Source: Octopus bimaculoides (lineage: Eukaryota). Taken from it: a stretch of DNA of 59,539 bases. The translations under genes were made by a program, and so were the position numbers. Positions 24,840 to 37,602 of the stretch are shown here, piece by piece. The stretch is from positions 60,064,051 to 60,123,589 of the forward strand of contig NC_068990.1 in the NCBI RefSeq assembly GCF_001194135.2, read 5' to 3'. Positions within the stretch are counted from its first letter, which is position 1, and each line of letters starts with the position of its first letter. The notes under the pieces are model-generated. The model searched no databases, had not been told where the DNA came from, and saw only the letters and a program-made list of their open reading frames with translations.

Positions 24840-24929
24840 CTACACAATAGCCACAAGAGAAACTAGCACAGCTTAAACAACATGTACTCAACAGGATCTC
24901 CACTACATAATATAACTCATTCTGTACAT

Positions 24930-25390
24930 CAGTGGTTCTCAACTATTTTTTACTTGTGGATTTCATTGATCCCTATTTTTTGTTGGGTGGCCATTCATAG
25001 CCATTCAATATTTAACATTTTAGCATTTAAACTGGCCATATGCAGCCAAAATATTCTGCCTGTTTTATGTTCAAACTGGCCAGATCTGGTCTTTCACACT
25101 TACCTCACAATGACATTCTAAAAATAAACAGTCACATCATCAAAATCTCGAAGCTACAAGACAGTCCATGATTAATTCAAAACAAATGTAAATAAATCAG
25201 CAGGTCATTTGACAGAATAACGTGAATGCTAAAGGGTTAAAAGATCCTATTATATTATTAGGAATTGTATCAAAAATTTAAATATTTTGTGAATAATAGA
25301 AGTGTAACCATTTTATTGCACATAAATTTTAACAACAAAATCTTCCATGGACCCCCAAGGGTCATATGGACTCTAGTTGAGAACCATACC
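24930..25390. mobile_element. hAT-type MITE carrying a nested piggyBac MITE
   Basis: cagtggttctcaac...gttgagaacca termini; TSD not evident. Confidence 0.65.
25016..25236 (+). mobile_element. piggyBac-type MITE (nested)
   Basis: TTAA at 25012-25015 and 25237-25240; homologous to 12877-13096. Confidence 0.85.
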
Positions 25391-26297
25391 ACTGCTGGAC
25401 CACAATCAAAACTCAGCAGAATAATACAGCTCATGCCTCTAAACAATTGGTCCTTATGGCTCTTAGAGACATTATGGTCATCAAGGGCTTTCAAGATTAC
25501 ATACTGAAAAAGATTTTGAAGATTTCGCTGTATCACATTTCACTGTATGTTGCCTATATGCTCACTACCATCTTATATTGTATCACAAAGGTAAGGGGCA
25601 AACTAAGGATTAACCCCACTATACCAATCTCTTTGGTTGTGACTTTTATGTAGTATCTCCCCATTTAATGATGCACCAATCTGTAGGGGTACAAATCCAG
25701 CAGCCTGCCACCTCACCTTCTTTGCATCTTGAAGACCCAGTACACACTTCCGTTGATGGGGCAGTCATCATACCCTACATTGGCTAAGGTTTCTTCCAAT
25801 TGCTCCTTTGGATGCAAATGAAAATCTCCATTTCTGGAAAAACAGTAGGCTGTAACTTTCCTAGATGAATTCCTCAGGAAAGAAGGATTTGTTCTTTCTT
25901 TTTTTCCTCAAAAGAGTTGATCTTAGCCAATGTCTGGTTAGTAATTATTAACAAAGCTATTGTGATTGTTTTGTTAATAACGTTATTAAAGATATGTTTT
26001 GTTCTTTGTATCTGTTAGTGTTCACAGTTGTGTCAGTTGTAATAATATTTTTCCTGTTAGCATTTTTAATATGTATTTTTATTTGCAAACTTTGCAAAAT
26101 TGCCTTGAATGGTTTAGGGTTGTGTTTCCATATCTATTTGTGATTAACTGCTTTTCCCACTCCTCCAGGGGAAGTCATAATAAATTACAAGTAAACAACA
26201 TTTACCAAAATATAAAATATCCAAGGAGAAAATTACATTTTTACCATAATGCTTAAATTTTCCAAAGTTGGCAGTATGAGATAAACACACACACATA

Positions 26298-26364
<67 letters not shown>

Positions 26365-26893
26365 NNNNNNNNNNNNNNNNNNNNNNNNNNNNNNNNNNNN
26401 NNNNNNNNNNNNNNNNNNNNNNNNNNNNNNNNNNNNNNNNNNNNNNNNNNNNNNNNNNNNNNNNNNNNNNNNNNNNNNNNNNNNNNNNNNNNNNNNNNNN
26501 NNNNNNNNNNNNNNNNNNNNNNNNNNNNNNNNNNNNNNNNNNNNNNNNNNNNNNNNNNNNNNNNNNNNNNNNNNNNNNNNNNNNNNNNNNNNNNNNNNNN
26601 NNNNNNNNNNNNNNNNNNNNNNNNNNNNNNNNNNNNNNNNNNNNNNNNNNNNNNNNNNNNNNNNNNNNNNNNNNNNNNNNNNNNNNNNNNNNNNNNNNNN
26701 NNNNNNNNNNNNNNNNNNNNNNNNNNNNNNNNNNNNNNNNNNNNNNNNNNNNNNNNNNNNNNNNNNNNNNNNNNNNNNNNNNNNNNNNNNNNNNNNNNNN
26801 NNNNNNNNNNNNNNNNNNNNNNNNNNNNNNNNNNNNNNNNNNNNNNNNNNNNNNNNNNNNNNNNNNNNNNNNNNNNNNNNNNNNNNNNNNNNN
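26365..26893. other. Assembly gap between (GA)n and (CA)n
   Basis: Run of N. Confidence 1.
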
Positions 26894-26948
<55 letters not shown>

Positions 26949-27209
26949 ATATATCCAGGTATTGTTTTTTTGTCCACACATGAAGAAGAGAATGCTCAAT
27001 AAATGTTACAGAATATATGGTTTATTTAATCTGAATCCGTTCTTGCAATTTAAATATTGTGCCACTGAAATGTTTTTCTGATGATAATTGCAGTCTGAAA
27101 TTCAATGTTTGCCATGTTGCTTCCATCATTAAAATCCATCTATCTATCCAATAAGGAGATTGTATCTTTTTAAATAGAGTCATATATCAACCATCCATGA
27201 TATCCTTGG

Positions 27210-27385
27210 ACGTCATCAAAAGAAATTATATGGGGTTTACTGAGAACACTTTCAAGAGTTGGTGCCAAGGATTAAAATATTTTACAATAACAAGAACATT
27301 GTTGACAGAATTACCACATTTCAAAGGATCACAAAACTGTAGGCTTTGGCTAACTGAAAAATTTCAAATACTCAAGCAATGAATA
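27210..27385 (+). mobile_element. Degenerate Penelope-like GIY-YIG C-terminal remnant
   Basis: YMGFTENTFK...CRLWLTEKFQILK resembles the YIGxTENTFK...CxLCLxEK pattern, recalled from memory only. Confidence 0.4.
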
Positions 27386-27756
27386 ATATTTCCCAAGAGG
27401 AACTTTAAACTACAGACTAGTTGTTATCAATGGAGAACTTTTGTTTTGGAAAATCTGTATCTGAACATCCTCAGCAAAGTCATAGGTACAGATATCATGA
27501 GCTATACAGAGTAACCTCTCTTGTTTATGATTACAGGCCTGAAATGGGTATCCTCCCTTACACAACAGTAGTCCATCTATTTTTAACCCTAGTCTGCAGA
27601 GGCTTGAACCATACAATCTGCCTTGACCAGTAATAATTGGCTTTACAAGTGCTCTGCAGATTTAACACATTATCTGCTTCTATTCATGAGACTGTTTTGA
27701 TTGATCATGAAATTCATTCTTGTAACAATGGACAGCGAATCAGAAGCTGTTAAGTA

Positions 27757-27787
<31 letters not shown>

Positions 27788-27805
27788 CACACACATGCGT
27801 GCATG

Positions 27806-27854
<49 letters not shown>

Positions 27855-28006
27855 ATATATATGTACATACATATATGTGCGTGCATATGAATACACATAA
27901 ATAGTAATATCAATTTCTATGTATTTTTATTAATTATCCTTAATTATACACTCCTACACACACAAACACTTTCTCACACAATTATAATTAGGTGTGTGTG
28001 TGTATG

Positions 28007-28075
<69 letters not shown>

Positions 28076-30289
28076 AAGCATATATATATAAATATATGCA
28101 TGGACAGGGACACACACACACACATACACACAAATACACACACAAAGACAAAGTGGAGAAAGAGATGAAAACATATGTCTGCATATACCCTTATATTTAT
28201 ACCCGAGCAATTTATTGATAAATATACACAATGCAAACAAACGCACATTCATGTACATCAACGTATATCAATACTGGATATTACCCCCACTATACTCTAC
28301 CTTTATTCACTGGAAGCCAACACAGACATATGACACTTTCTGAGAACACTTGTGATGTACTTAAGATGTATGGTGCTCAAAGTAATTAATGCATTAACCG
28401 GATAAAAGTAGTTCATAGCAACTGGCATCGTTTGTGAATAAAGCAAAATATTTCTTTTGTTGTTGATAGGGAATTGACTTTCACATTTCAGTGCATAAAT
28501 AAATACATTTCAACAAAATATGTTTACTATTATACGATAGTATTCTTTGATAAATAGTAAAATGCAAAAAAAAAAAAAAAAATATTGACAGAAAAAATAA
28601 AGCATCCTAACAACAATAACTAATGGAAATGTTAGCTGGAAGATGCATCTGGAGAAGAAGTAAAAAGTAACAGCAAATCAAACAAAAATGGCCTTCTAAT
28701 ACTGGAAGAGCATCAAAGTGTCGTGAACAAAAACATTAGTGACGGAACTGTAGTACATTTAAATAGCAGTTTTATTTTATATGCATTAGAGAGAAAGGAT
28801 TCTGGGAATTGTAGAAAAAGCTTCAGTTTAACAGAGCATGAAGTGTTGTCACTATTTGTACTAAAATACAGTACTTGAGGTGAAGGAAAAAAAATTAGCT
28901 AAAAATTTGGAAAACATCTTTTTAAAAATGGACTTTCAAACAGAAACCTTCATTCACTTATTTCTTTTTTATATAATCTTATATAAATATAATTTTTTTC
29001 TGAAGGGATATTGTATATAACTAGAATTGAATAAAAGATGGTTTTATTAAAATTGCAAGCAATCATTTTATCCATTTTAAAGAAAATGTTTTTAGATTTA
29101 TTGCAATTTTCAACATTTCTTTGAAACTGCATGAAAACTCTTTGATGTAAACATTTGATATCTTTAAAGCTTTACACCAAGCTAACCACTCAATTAATCT
29201 TAACTTTTATCTTGAGTTCAGTCGATGATAAGAAGAAAATAACTTGGTAACCATGTAGTGGGTTTCTTAAATTGAAATTTCAAGTAATGTGTTTGGTATA
29301 CCAAGTGAAAATTTAATCGCTTGATTGATAGAATCTTTGGTCAGCATCCATGTATAGTTGTCTTGATAATATCTCAGTTCCTTTTGTTTTACTTGTCATA
29401 TTTCTCTTTGACAACAGTGTCAGTCTAGTATTTGTTTATGCTAGTTTACTTCATATGACATATCAATATAATTACCTTTATTTCTATATATAAATCTCTT
29501 GATTAAATAAAATTTAAATTTTAACAAATCTATTTTGGAAATTTATTCTATTTTTATAAAAGTTGAACATTGAAACATGAACCTGTTGTGCTAAAAAAAA
29601 AAAAGTTGATATTTTTCTTCCTAAAATCTTTGTTTTGTATCAGTGACTGACATAAGGAATGGCGTCAACTATAAAACAAAAATACACAACCAAAACATTA
29701 AACATAAAGTTCTATATTTAAATACCTGCAACTCTGTAAAGATAAGTGAAACTTTTCTAAAGTGAATTTATGATTGGACAATAAATATCAAGTATAGCCA
29801 TTTCAGTTATTTTATTGATGATTAAAGAGAAAGTTGATGTTCAAAAGGAATATTATTTTGGTAAAAGTCTTCTTCGCATTAATTTTCTGAGACAGCATAA
29901 TTACAAAGTGCATTTTTTTAAAAAATTGGTATCCTCTAAAGGTGTTACTAAAGGAATAGAAGTTTATTATACAAGTGGTTCTATTAGTTTTTGTAATAAC
30001 AGAATGGTATGAGTATAGCTTATTTAATTAGTGTACCAAATAATATTGGTTAGGAGAGACTTAGAAAGAAAATATTACTACAGCTATTTCATAGGTGTTA
30101 TTGTCTTTCTTAATGTCATGTTTCTTTGTATTTTTGCTATTAATAAACTATATACAGTTGTTTACTGTATCACCAGAATATTTCAACAGACCCTTGTCTT
30201 CTGTTTACATTGATGTTTTGACAGACTACTGCTAAATAGTGGATACCTCGAGGAAAACATTAATGAAACAGTTATCACTGTGAGCAGTT

Positions 30290-30545
30290 ATTAAACTAGC
30301 CCTGTCAGCTATGACAATAAGGATTCCAGTTGATCTGATCAACAGAACAGCCTGCTCATGAAATTAACGTGCAAGTGGTTGAGCACTCCACAGACGTGCA
30401 CACTCTTAATGTAGCTCTCAGACAGAGAGTGAACTGAAGCAACATGAAATAAAGTGTCTTGGTCATGGACAAGATGAGGTATTGAACTCACAACTTTATG
30501 ATTGTGAGCCAAACACCCTAACCATTAAGCCATGTTTCTTCATGA
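30290..30545 (-). mobile_element. SINE family D (tRNA-derived, CORE-like)
   Basis: Reverse homology to 46565-46885. Confidence 0.7.
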
Positions 30546-30937
30546 GTAGTTATTAAGCTACAATATTTCAGACATGATCCACTCTACCAAATCTGTTTCA
30601 ACATAAAATTTCAGATCAAAATCTTGTTGAAAATTTGTATAAAAAAGAAATATTTCATATGAGTTGTATTTTCTGGCATATGAGTTATGTATGTAGTGAT
30701 ATAGTGTTAACATGTAGTGTAAACATTCAAACATCGTCATCATCTCCCCAATCCTGTTGTATTTCACATGCAAGTTTTGGTCCCACGAAGTTGTCTTGGT
30801 GTATAAGTTAACCTGTCCTTTTGTTTGTTTTTGGTTGTGAATTTTGATCTGACAAAGTCAACTTATGTGCAGGAAAATATGGTAATGAATGAAGATTAAA
30901 GAGTGAACAAAGATTCTTGCTTAGTAAATGAGATATC

Positions 30938-31325
30938 TTTTTACACTTTACTTGTTCCTGTCATTACATTATGGCCATGTTGGGGCACTGCCTTGCTGGG
31001 TTTAGTTGACTCCAGTACTTTTCTAAAAAATAAGAAATTGGACTTATTCTATCAATGGGGACATGAGTAAAGCAACACCAGTTGTCAAACAGTGGAAGGG
31101 ACGAAGACAAACATGAACACACACGCGCGCGCGTGCACGCATGCATACATGCATATTTATGACTGGCTTCCACACAAGTTTTCATCTATCAAATTTAGTC
31201 ACAAGGTATTGGTTGGCCTGAGATTCTAGCAGAAGAAACTTACCCAAAGTGCTACAAAGTGGGATTGAACCCAAAACCATGTGGTTGCACAGCAAGCCTC
31301 TTAACTACACTGTCATGTCTGCACC
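30938..31325 (-). mobile_element. SINE family A, composite full length
   Basis: Tail, internal microsatellite and head all present. Confidence 0.75.
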
Positions 31326-31369
31326 TATTATGGCAAGTAAAAAGTCTCAAGAAATATTGATTAAGCAAA

Positions 31370-31785
31370 TATTTTTTGCCTTTATTATGACAGATTGTTT
31401 TCGTCCATCTCTATGTTCTGAGTTCAAATTCCGTTGAGGTCAACTTTGCTTTTCATCCTTTTGGGGTTGATAACTTAAGTACCACTCAAATACTGGGGTC
31501 GATCTGATCGACTACCCCACTCCCCACAAATTCCAGGCCTTGTGCTTATAGTAAAAAGGATTATGACAGTTTGTTAAAGGCACCAGGCTGGCAGAGTTGT
31601 TAACATGCCAGGCAACATGCTTAGCAGTATTCCATCATTCTGAGTTCAAATTCAGCTGAGGTCAATTTTGCCTTTTATTCTTTTAGGGTTAATAAAATAG
31701 GTACCAGTTGAGCACTGAGGTTGATGTAATCGACTTGTCCCCTCTCCCAAGCTTACTGATCGTGTGCCAAAATTTCAAACCATTA
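31370..31785 (+). mobile_element. Two adjacent SINE family B copies
   Basis: ctgagttcaaattc...gaggtcaa.tttgc occurs near 31418 and 31640. Confidence 0.8.
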
Positions 31786-31805
31786 TGACTGATTGTTATA
31801 AACCT

Positions 31806-31950
31806 AATCATGGGGAACCTGCAGCCCACAAAACTTTCTGAATGGCATACCTAATGAAAAATTACCTTGAATTTTTTTTAATAATGCAGCCCACCTAATA
31901 ATGAGCCATGTCTCATGTGACCCACTTCTCCTCAAAGGTTGCACATGCCT
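31806..31950. mobile_element. Short degenerate hAT-like MITE
   Basis: catggggaacct...aggttgcacatg imperfect inverted ends. Confidence 0.35.
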
Positions 31951-32089
31951 ATTATAACGAAAAAGTTAGAATTTGAACAACTTAATCTTACAAAAATTTA
32001 TTAATTAGTTAAGAAAATTGTTAAGAATTTACACCTCAGTAGTTATGGCAAATAATAAAACTTTAGAAACACACATTTTAATCTGCTAT

Positions 32090-32860
32090 TAGCAACAGAA
32101 GCAGTCTTTGTAATGAATATTAATTACCGTGTTCAACTTAACTTTGATGGGTTATTTTGAATGATGTAGACTGCAGTAGTAATCATGAAAAATCACCCTG
32201 TGTAGATGTTAGGTACTATAAAAAGCACAAATTACATCAGTTCATGAAATTTCATCAGCACCAGCGCAAATGGATTTTGTCTTAAACTGTGAATCATCAA
32301 TGACAGGCAGCCAAGCACTGAATGCTAGATCAAATATATGTCAAACTGATATAGTTTAACACTGGCAAAACAGTCAATGATGTTGCAGAAAACTGATATG
32401 CTGTGAATAAATTAGTTATTAACAGTGGTAGCAGTCTTTGCAAAGATAATTAATTAGCACATCCAACTTCACTTGGATGTGTTGTTTTGAACACTTTAGA
32501 TAGTGGTAACCATCCTGAGAAATACTCTTCATATAAATGCTAGATGCTATAAAAAGCACAGAATTTTTTGGTTGGTGATATTTCGTCAGCATTAATGGAT
32601 GATACTGTTGTATCACATGATTTCATCAGAAATTGTGAATCATCTGTGACTGGCAGTCAAACACTGAATGCTAGATCAAAAATATGTCAAATTGATATAG
32701 TTTAACACTGGCAAAACAGTTAGTGACGTTGCAGAAAGCTGATGGACTGTGAATAAATTAGCTATTAGCAGTGGTAGCAGTCATTGCGAAGAATATGAAT
32801 TAGAACATCCAACTTCACTAGGATGTGTTGTTTTGAATACTGAAGGTAACGGTGATTGTC
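32090..32860. repeat. Diverged tandem repeat, period ~330-346 bp, ~2.3 copies
   Basis: gtgaatcatc near 32290 and 32635; agcagtc near 32102, 32431 and 32777. Confidence 0.85.
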
Positions 32861-32871
32861 CAGGGAAATAA

Positions 32872-32891
32872 TCTATATATATAAAGCAGAG

Positions 32892-32944
<53 letters not shown>

Positions 32945-33400
32945 ATATGTTCTTTATGCATTCAAAAACTTAGTTGCTGATTTTGATGTATGGGGTATCA
33001 GAAGATTCAGTAATCTTTTGGCTGCCAAATAAAATTTATTTTCATTTACATAAATTACAAAAATTACCAAATTTTAACATTATAATCTTTCTATAAGTCA
33101 ACTATCATAAATGACATTTTATACCATGACGAGGATGATGACGACGTCACATTTTCTACATGAGCGTGTATGTGTCTGTCAATGTGTGTATGTTTGCACA
33201 TTCGTTATGTACATTAGGCTGAGAAGTTTATGTGCGTGAATGTATGTGAGGGTGTATGTGTCTGTCAGTATACATACATTTTTGTGATGACTGGCACACA
33301 CACACACATACACACACATACAGGGACAGAGATAGCCTGAGATGTGCATGAATATGTCTGTATGTGTCTGTCTTAGTATATGTATGTGACTGTACTGCTC
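32872..33400 (+). mobile_element. Possible non-autonomous Helitron-like element (5' end only supported)
   Basis: A|TCTATATATATAAAG start followed by (TG)n; no 3' hairpin or CTAG found. Confidence 0.3.
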
Positions 33401-34374
33401 GACAGTGAAACACACCAATTTTGAAAGAGTTTTGTTTAGTTGCGGCTTGGACATTGAACGAAAATATTAGCCATTTTTCATACCTTCTTGGGTTAAGCAA
33501 ATAGGAAATAGTTGTAATCTAAGGACAAAATCATGTTACACAGTGTAATTTAACTCTATAAGTTGGTTTTTACCCTATATTTCACCCACTAAAATCCTTT
33601 AGAAAACGTCACCTAGTATTATGTAATACTTACTTATTACATGTGTTCTGTTTGTTATATAGAATTAGTTAATCAATCCATAAACAAGTATTCATATCAA
33701 ATGCTAGTTACTTTTGAGTTGCTTTATATGTTTAAAGACTAAATACTATTGCAGCAGAATAGAGAATTGTAAATATGATCTGTCTCATGATATATTATTG
33801 ACTACTAGTTAAATTTGTTATTTGTCAAACTTTATTCCTTCAGCAAAATGTTATAAACGAAACTGAAAAATTGCTTAGTACAATACATGAAGCTATTTCA
33901 ATGCTGAAAATTCTGATCTGTCTAAAGATATGGTTGAAGAAAGAATATTTAAAGGATTAGTTCTTTAGAAATGTTTCATATCAATAAATGAAGATAGATT
34001 ATGTCTAGACTGTCTATAGTATTATTGGTTTTGGAAACAAAAGTCACAACTGATTTGTCAGTTTGGACTTATTTGACAAGTTAGAAATATTTCATTAGTC
34101 ATTGAGCAACATGGATGCAATGACTCACAAATATATTATTACTATTATTATTATCCTTATTATTATTGCTACTACTATCATGGTTTGAATGTAAATGAAA
34201 ATATTTGTAACAAAAAATTGAAGTGTATTATATAAATACAGTTGAATACTAGTTTAGCCATTATGCAGCTATATGAAAAACATGAGAAAATTTATTAATG
34301 TAGTTTTTGATGTAAGTGACACTCTAATTATATGAATACGTAATGAAATGCCAGCTGAATATGGAATTTTTTTT

Positions 34375-34645
34375 TTTTTTTGTGCGGGTGGCACATAAAA
34401 TGCACCATTTTGAGCGTGGCCGTTGCCAGTTCCGCCTGACTGGCCTTCGTGCGGGTGACACGTAAAAGCACCCACTACACTCTCTGAGTGGTTGGCGTTA
34501 GGAAGGGCATCCAGCTGTAGAAACTCTGCCAAATCAGATTGGAGCCTGGTGTAGCCATCTGGTTTCACCAGTCCTCAGTCAAATCGACCAACCCATGCTA
34601 GCATGGAAAGCGGACGTTAAATGATGATGATGATGATGATGATGA
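34375..34645 (+). mobile_element. SINE-like family C, best-preserved copy
   Basis: CpG-rich ...ggcgttaggaagggcatccagctgtagaaactctgcc...ggaaagcggacgttaa(atg)n. Confidence 0.85.
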
Positions 34646-35144
34646 AATTAATTATTAAGCTGTTTCTTTACCCTTAACCTTTGGTTTTATTAAGGTTGTA
34701 ACAATTTTTTTAGTGTTGAAACCTCAATAAAATGCACCAGTACTCTTTATAAAGTAATTGGTGTTAAGAAGAGTATCAAGCTGTAGAAACCTATCCAAAA
34801 ATGGATTGTATGAGTGAGGTGGGGTCCTTAAATCCATCTTCCATCTAAAAGGGTAATAATTCTGAATAAGAACTGACTCAGACTATGACAAGCTGTCCAG
34901 CCAATGACAGTATAAAAACCAGCCATTTGTTTGGTATAATATGTCTTGCAGTAATGGGCAGAAGTTCAACTGAATACAAAATGAATACATAATGTAATGA
35001 ATACAAGCAAAAGCTCTAGAGTCTTTCTTATATTCTAGATGCAGTGTTTAAAGACAGGGCTAACATCTCAAGGGGTTTGTAATTCCTCTTGGCTACAAAT
35101 GACTTTTAGAGGCAAATAGGAAGCCACTAGCCATCACAAGATCC

Positions 35145-35320
35145 AGTCTTTGTTGCAGTATGGTGGGTTAATGACCTTGAAAGCTATGCCAATGGAGTGC
35201 AAGTTCCTTGTAGGGCCTTTTATGCTGGACAGGTCAAAGAATAGGGGCCTGACTGATATGGACAACTGCTTTGCAGAAATGAAAATGGGTTTGCGTAGGG
35301 CCAACACTCCTACCTAGAAA
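35145..35320 (+). mobile_element. Possible RTE-clade 5' UTR remnant
   Basis: tgaccttgaaagctatgcc...ggacaggtcaaag...gggccaacactcc resembles RTE 5' leaders, recalled from memory. Confidence 0.35.
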
Positions 35321-35484
35321 AAGACAAATTTACAGAAACATTGATGATAATTTGCTTCTATCTAGAAATCAAAGGAAATGACTACTATTCCTTTCAAACT
35401 GACGACCTATTTTCCATTACATTTCAGAGAGATTCAGTGCTGAGTTGCTGCTGCTGCTGATGATGATGATATAAGCCCCTTATA

Positions 35485-35800
35485 GATACACTTAGACAAG
35501 TGTTTCTACCATAGCCCTGGTCTGACCAATGCCTTGCAAGTGAATTTGGGAGATGGAAACTGTGAGGAAATTCGTTGTACATGTGACCATTTCTGAGTTT
35601 GTTGATTTGTTTCTTTGTGTGTGTGTGTGTTGGTTTGTTTAAGTCTCTGTAAATTAGTGCTTCAGCAGACTTAAAAATGAGTGCCAGATTTGAAAATGAA
35701 TATTGAGGGTCAATTTATTGTCTAAAAAAAACCTTTCCAGGTGGTGCCTCAGCATGGCCACAGACCAATGATGGAAACAAGTAAAAAATAAAAGATAAGC
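35485..35800 (+). mobile_element. SINE family A (5'-truncated)
   Basis: CORE-like segment, (TG)n and tail homology. Confidence 0.7.
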
Positions 35801-35854
35801 AAATTAGCTAGTTAAGAAGAAAATCTCTATAAGAGAAGGAAGCAGTAATTATAC

Positions 35855-36229
35855 TGAGAAGTAATGTTTATCGCCACTTTAACATGGCTGTTCTGTAAGA
35901 ACCAATATTACTGCCATTTTAACCTCGGGAGGACACCTCTTCCATCTGGTTATTCAATGCAATCTGCACTTGATATATATTGCAAGTAGGGGAGTGAACT
36001 CCTACCATCATCCAGCCATGAGACCACCAGACTGTACGGTTTCAACCGCTTTGTGGTCATCCTCAGTGGTGGATGCTCATCTGCTAGAAATAGCAGTAGT
36101 TCACTCCAGCTCGTAATATATAGAAAATCAAGTGACACACAGTCACTGATCTTGCAACAAGCAAATATCGTAGTAACGTCAGTTCCTATGGAACAGCCAT
36201 GTTCAAGTGGTGATAAACATTACTTCTCA
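35855..36229. mobile_element. Fold-back (MITE-like) element with a hammerhead at its centre
   Basis: Outer arms match at 37/39 (35855-35893 vs 36191-36229); nested inner inverted repeats run up to the ribozyme. Confidence 0.9.
36024..36072 (-). ncRNA. Minimal type I hammerhead ribozyme
   Basis: CCACCA-CTGAGGA-T-GACC(acaaagc)GGTT-GAAA-C(cgtaca)G-TC-TGGTGG; perfect 6-bp stem I, complete core, GUC triplet. Confidence 0.8.
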
Positions 36230-36234
36230 AATAA

Positions 36235-36605
36235 AAGATGCTTTACCTTTTATTTTCTTTTACTTGTTTCTGTCATTAGACTGCGGTCATGCTAAGTAGG
36301 GCATCACCTTGAAGAATTTTTTAGTCAAACTAATTGACCTCGGAATTTATTTTGAACCGCTAAGTTACAGGAACATAAACACACCAAACACCAGGTGGTG
36401 GGGGACGAACACAAACACTAATACACACACACACATGTATTTATACAACAGGCTTCTTTCAGTTTCTGTCTACCAAATCCACTCACAAGACTTTCATTGG
36501 CCCAAGGCTATAGTAGAAGACACTTGCTCAAAGAACCATGCAGTGAGACTGAACCCAAGAACATGGGGTTAGGAAACAAACTTCTTACCATACAGCTACA
36601 CCTGT
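36235..36605 (-). mobile_element. SINE family A
   Basis: Family homology. Confidence 0.8.
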
Positions 36606-36619
36606 ACCTTTGATTAGTT

Positions 36620-36935
36620 CAGTGGTTCTCAAAGTGGGTGGTATTGCCCCACTGGGGGGGGGGGGGGTGAAAAGTTCCAAGGGAGTGTTGAAGAAAAGTG
36701 GGGGATAATGGGTTAGCGGTTTATGTAAAAATTGGGGCAATAATGGAATGGAGATCCATGTAAAAACAACAAAACAATGGGTTCATTAGGTTAAGTTGTA
36801 TTTGTGAAATACAGTTGCCTTGAATTTGCTTTAGAAAGAGGTCTATGTTTGTGATGGTTTGTTGGGGTGGGGGTGCTAGGAATATAGCCTGGGTGTCAAC
36901 AAGGTGGCAGCCTGAAAACGATTTAGGAATCACTG
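36620..36935. mobile_element. hAT-type MITE with 8-bp TSD
   Basis: GATTAGTT|cagtggttctcaaa...tttaggaatcactg|GATTAGTT. Confidence 0.9.
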
Positions 36936-37134
36936 GATTAGTTCTTTTCAGTTAAACTCAATATTTTGTGAAGTGGAGATTTCAGAAGTTGAAAATGAAG
37001 TTGTAACTGGTTAAATAGAGGATATTGGAAACCAGTGCCTAGATAACTGGAGAAATTCTTACATCCTTGGAGTGTTTGACATTCCATACATGTTAGAACT
37101 CTTAGTAATGGTTTCAAAACATATATCTTAGATT

Positions 37135-37470
37135 ATGTAGGTATGTGTCTCTAAGTATGTATGTTGTGTGTGTGTATGTGTGTGTGTATGTGCGTGTGTG
37201 TGTGGTGAGCATGCGTATGTATATGTCTGTGAGTGTGCATGTGTATGTAAGTATATAGCTGTGTGCGTATTTGTGTGTGTGCATGTATATATGCATATGC
37301 ATGCGTGTGTGTGGGTGCATGCATATGTGTGTCTGTGAGTATACAAGTGTATGTGAGTATACAGTTGTGTGTGCGTGTATGTGTGTGCATCTATATGTGC
37401 ATACACATGTGTGAGTATGTGTGTCTGTGTGAGAGAGAGAGAGAGATGTGTGCATGTGTATGCATGTTGT
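37135..37470. repeat. Degenerate (TG/TA)n dinucleotide mosaic
   Basis: Direct reading; source of several H/T/Y/C/V-rich ORFs. Confidence 0.9.
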
Positions 37471-37602
37471 CTTTTGCATATCTTTCTTCTGTTTGTTTTA
37501 GTCATAAGACTCATCAAATGCTATGCTAAGAAGAAAATGGTAAAATTGAAAATGAAGACTTGGACGAAATTCAAGGATTCTTTATGCTTGGACAATATTT
37601 TT

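Noticed and set aside
26144-26999. Long ORFs here and at 39526-40830 and 49948-50340
   Set aside because: They are open only because they span N-gaps.
28636-28878. 80-codon stop-free frame LEDASGEEVK...
   Set aside because: Weak acceptor, no clear donor, no recognisable homology; the length is attainable by chance.
33844-33965. Strong acceptor followed by QNVINETEKLLSTIHEAIS...
   Set aside because: It needs a frameshift to stay protein-like and lacks a good donor; at best a decayed pseudo-exon.
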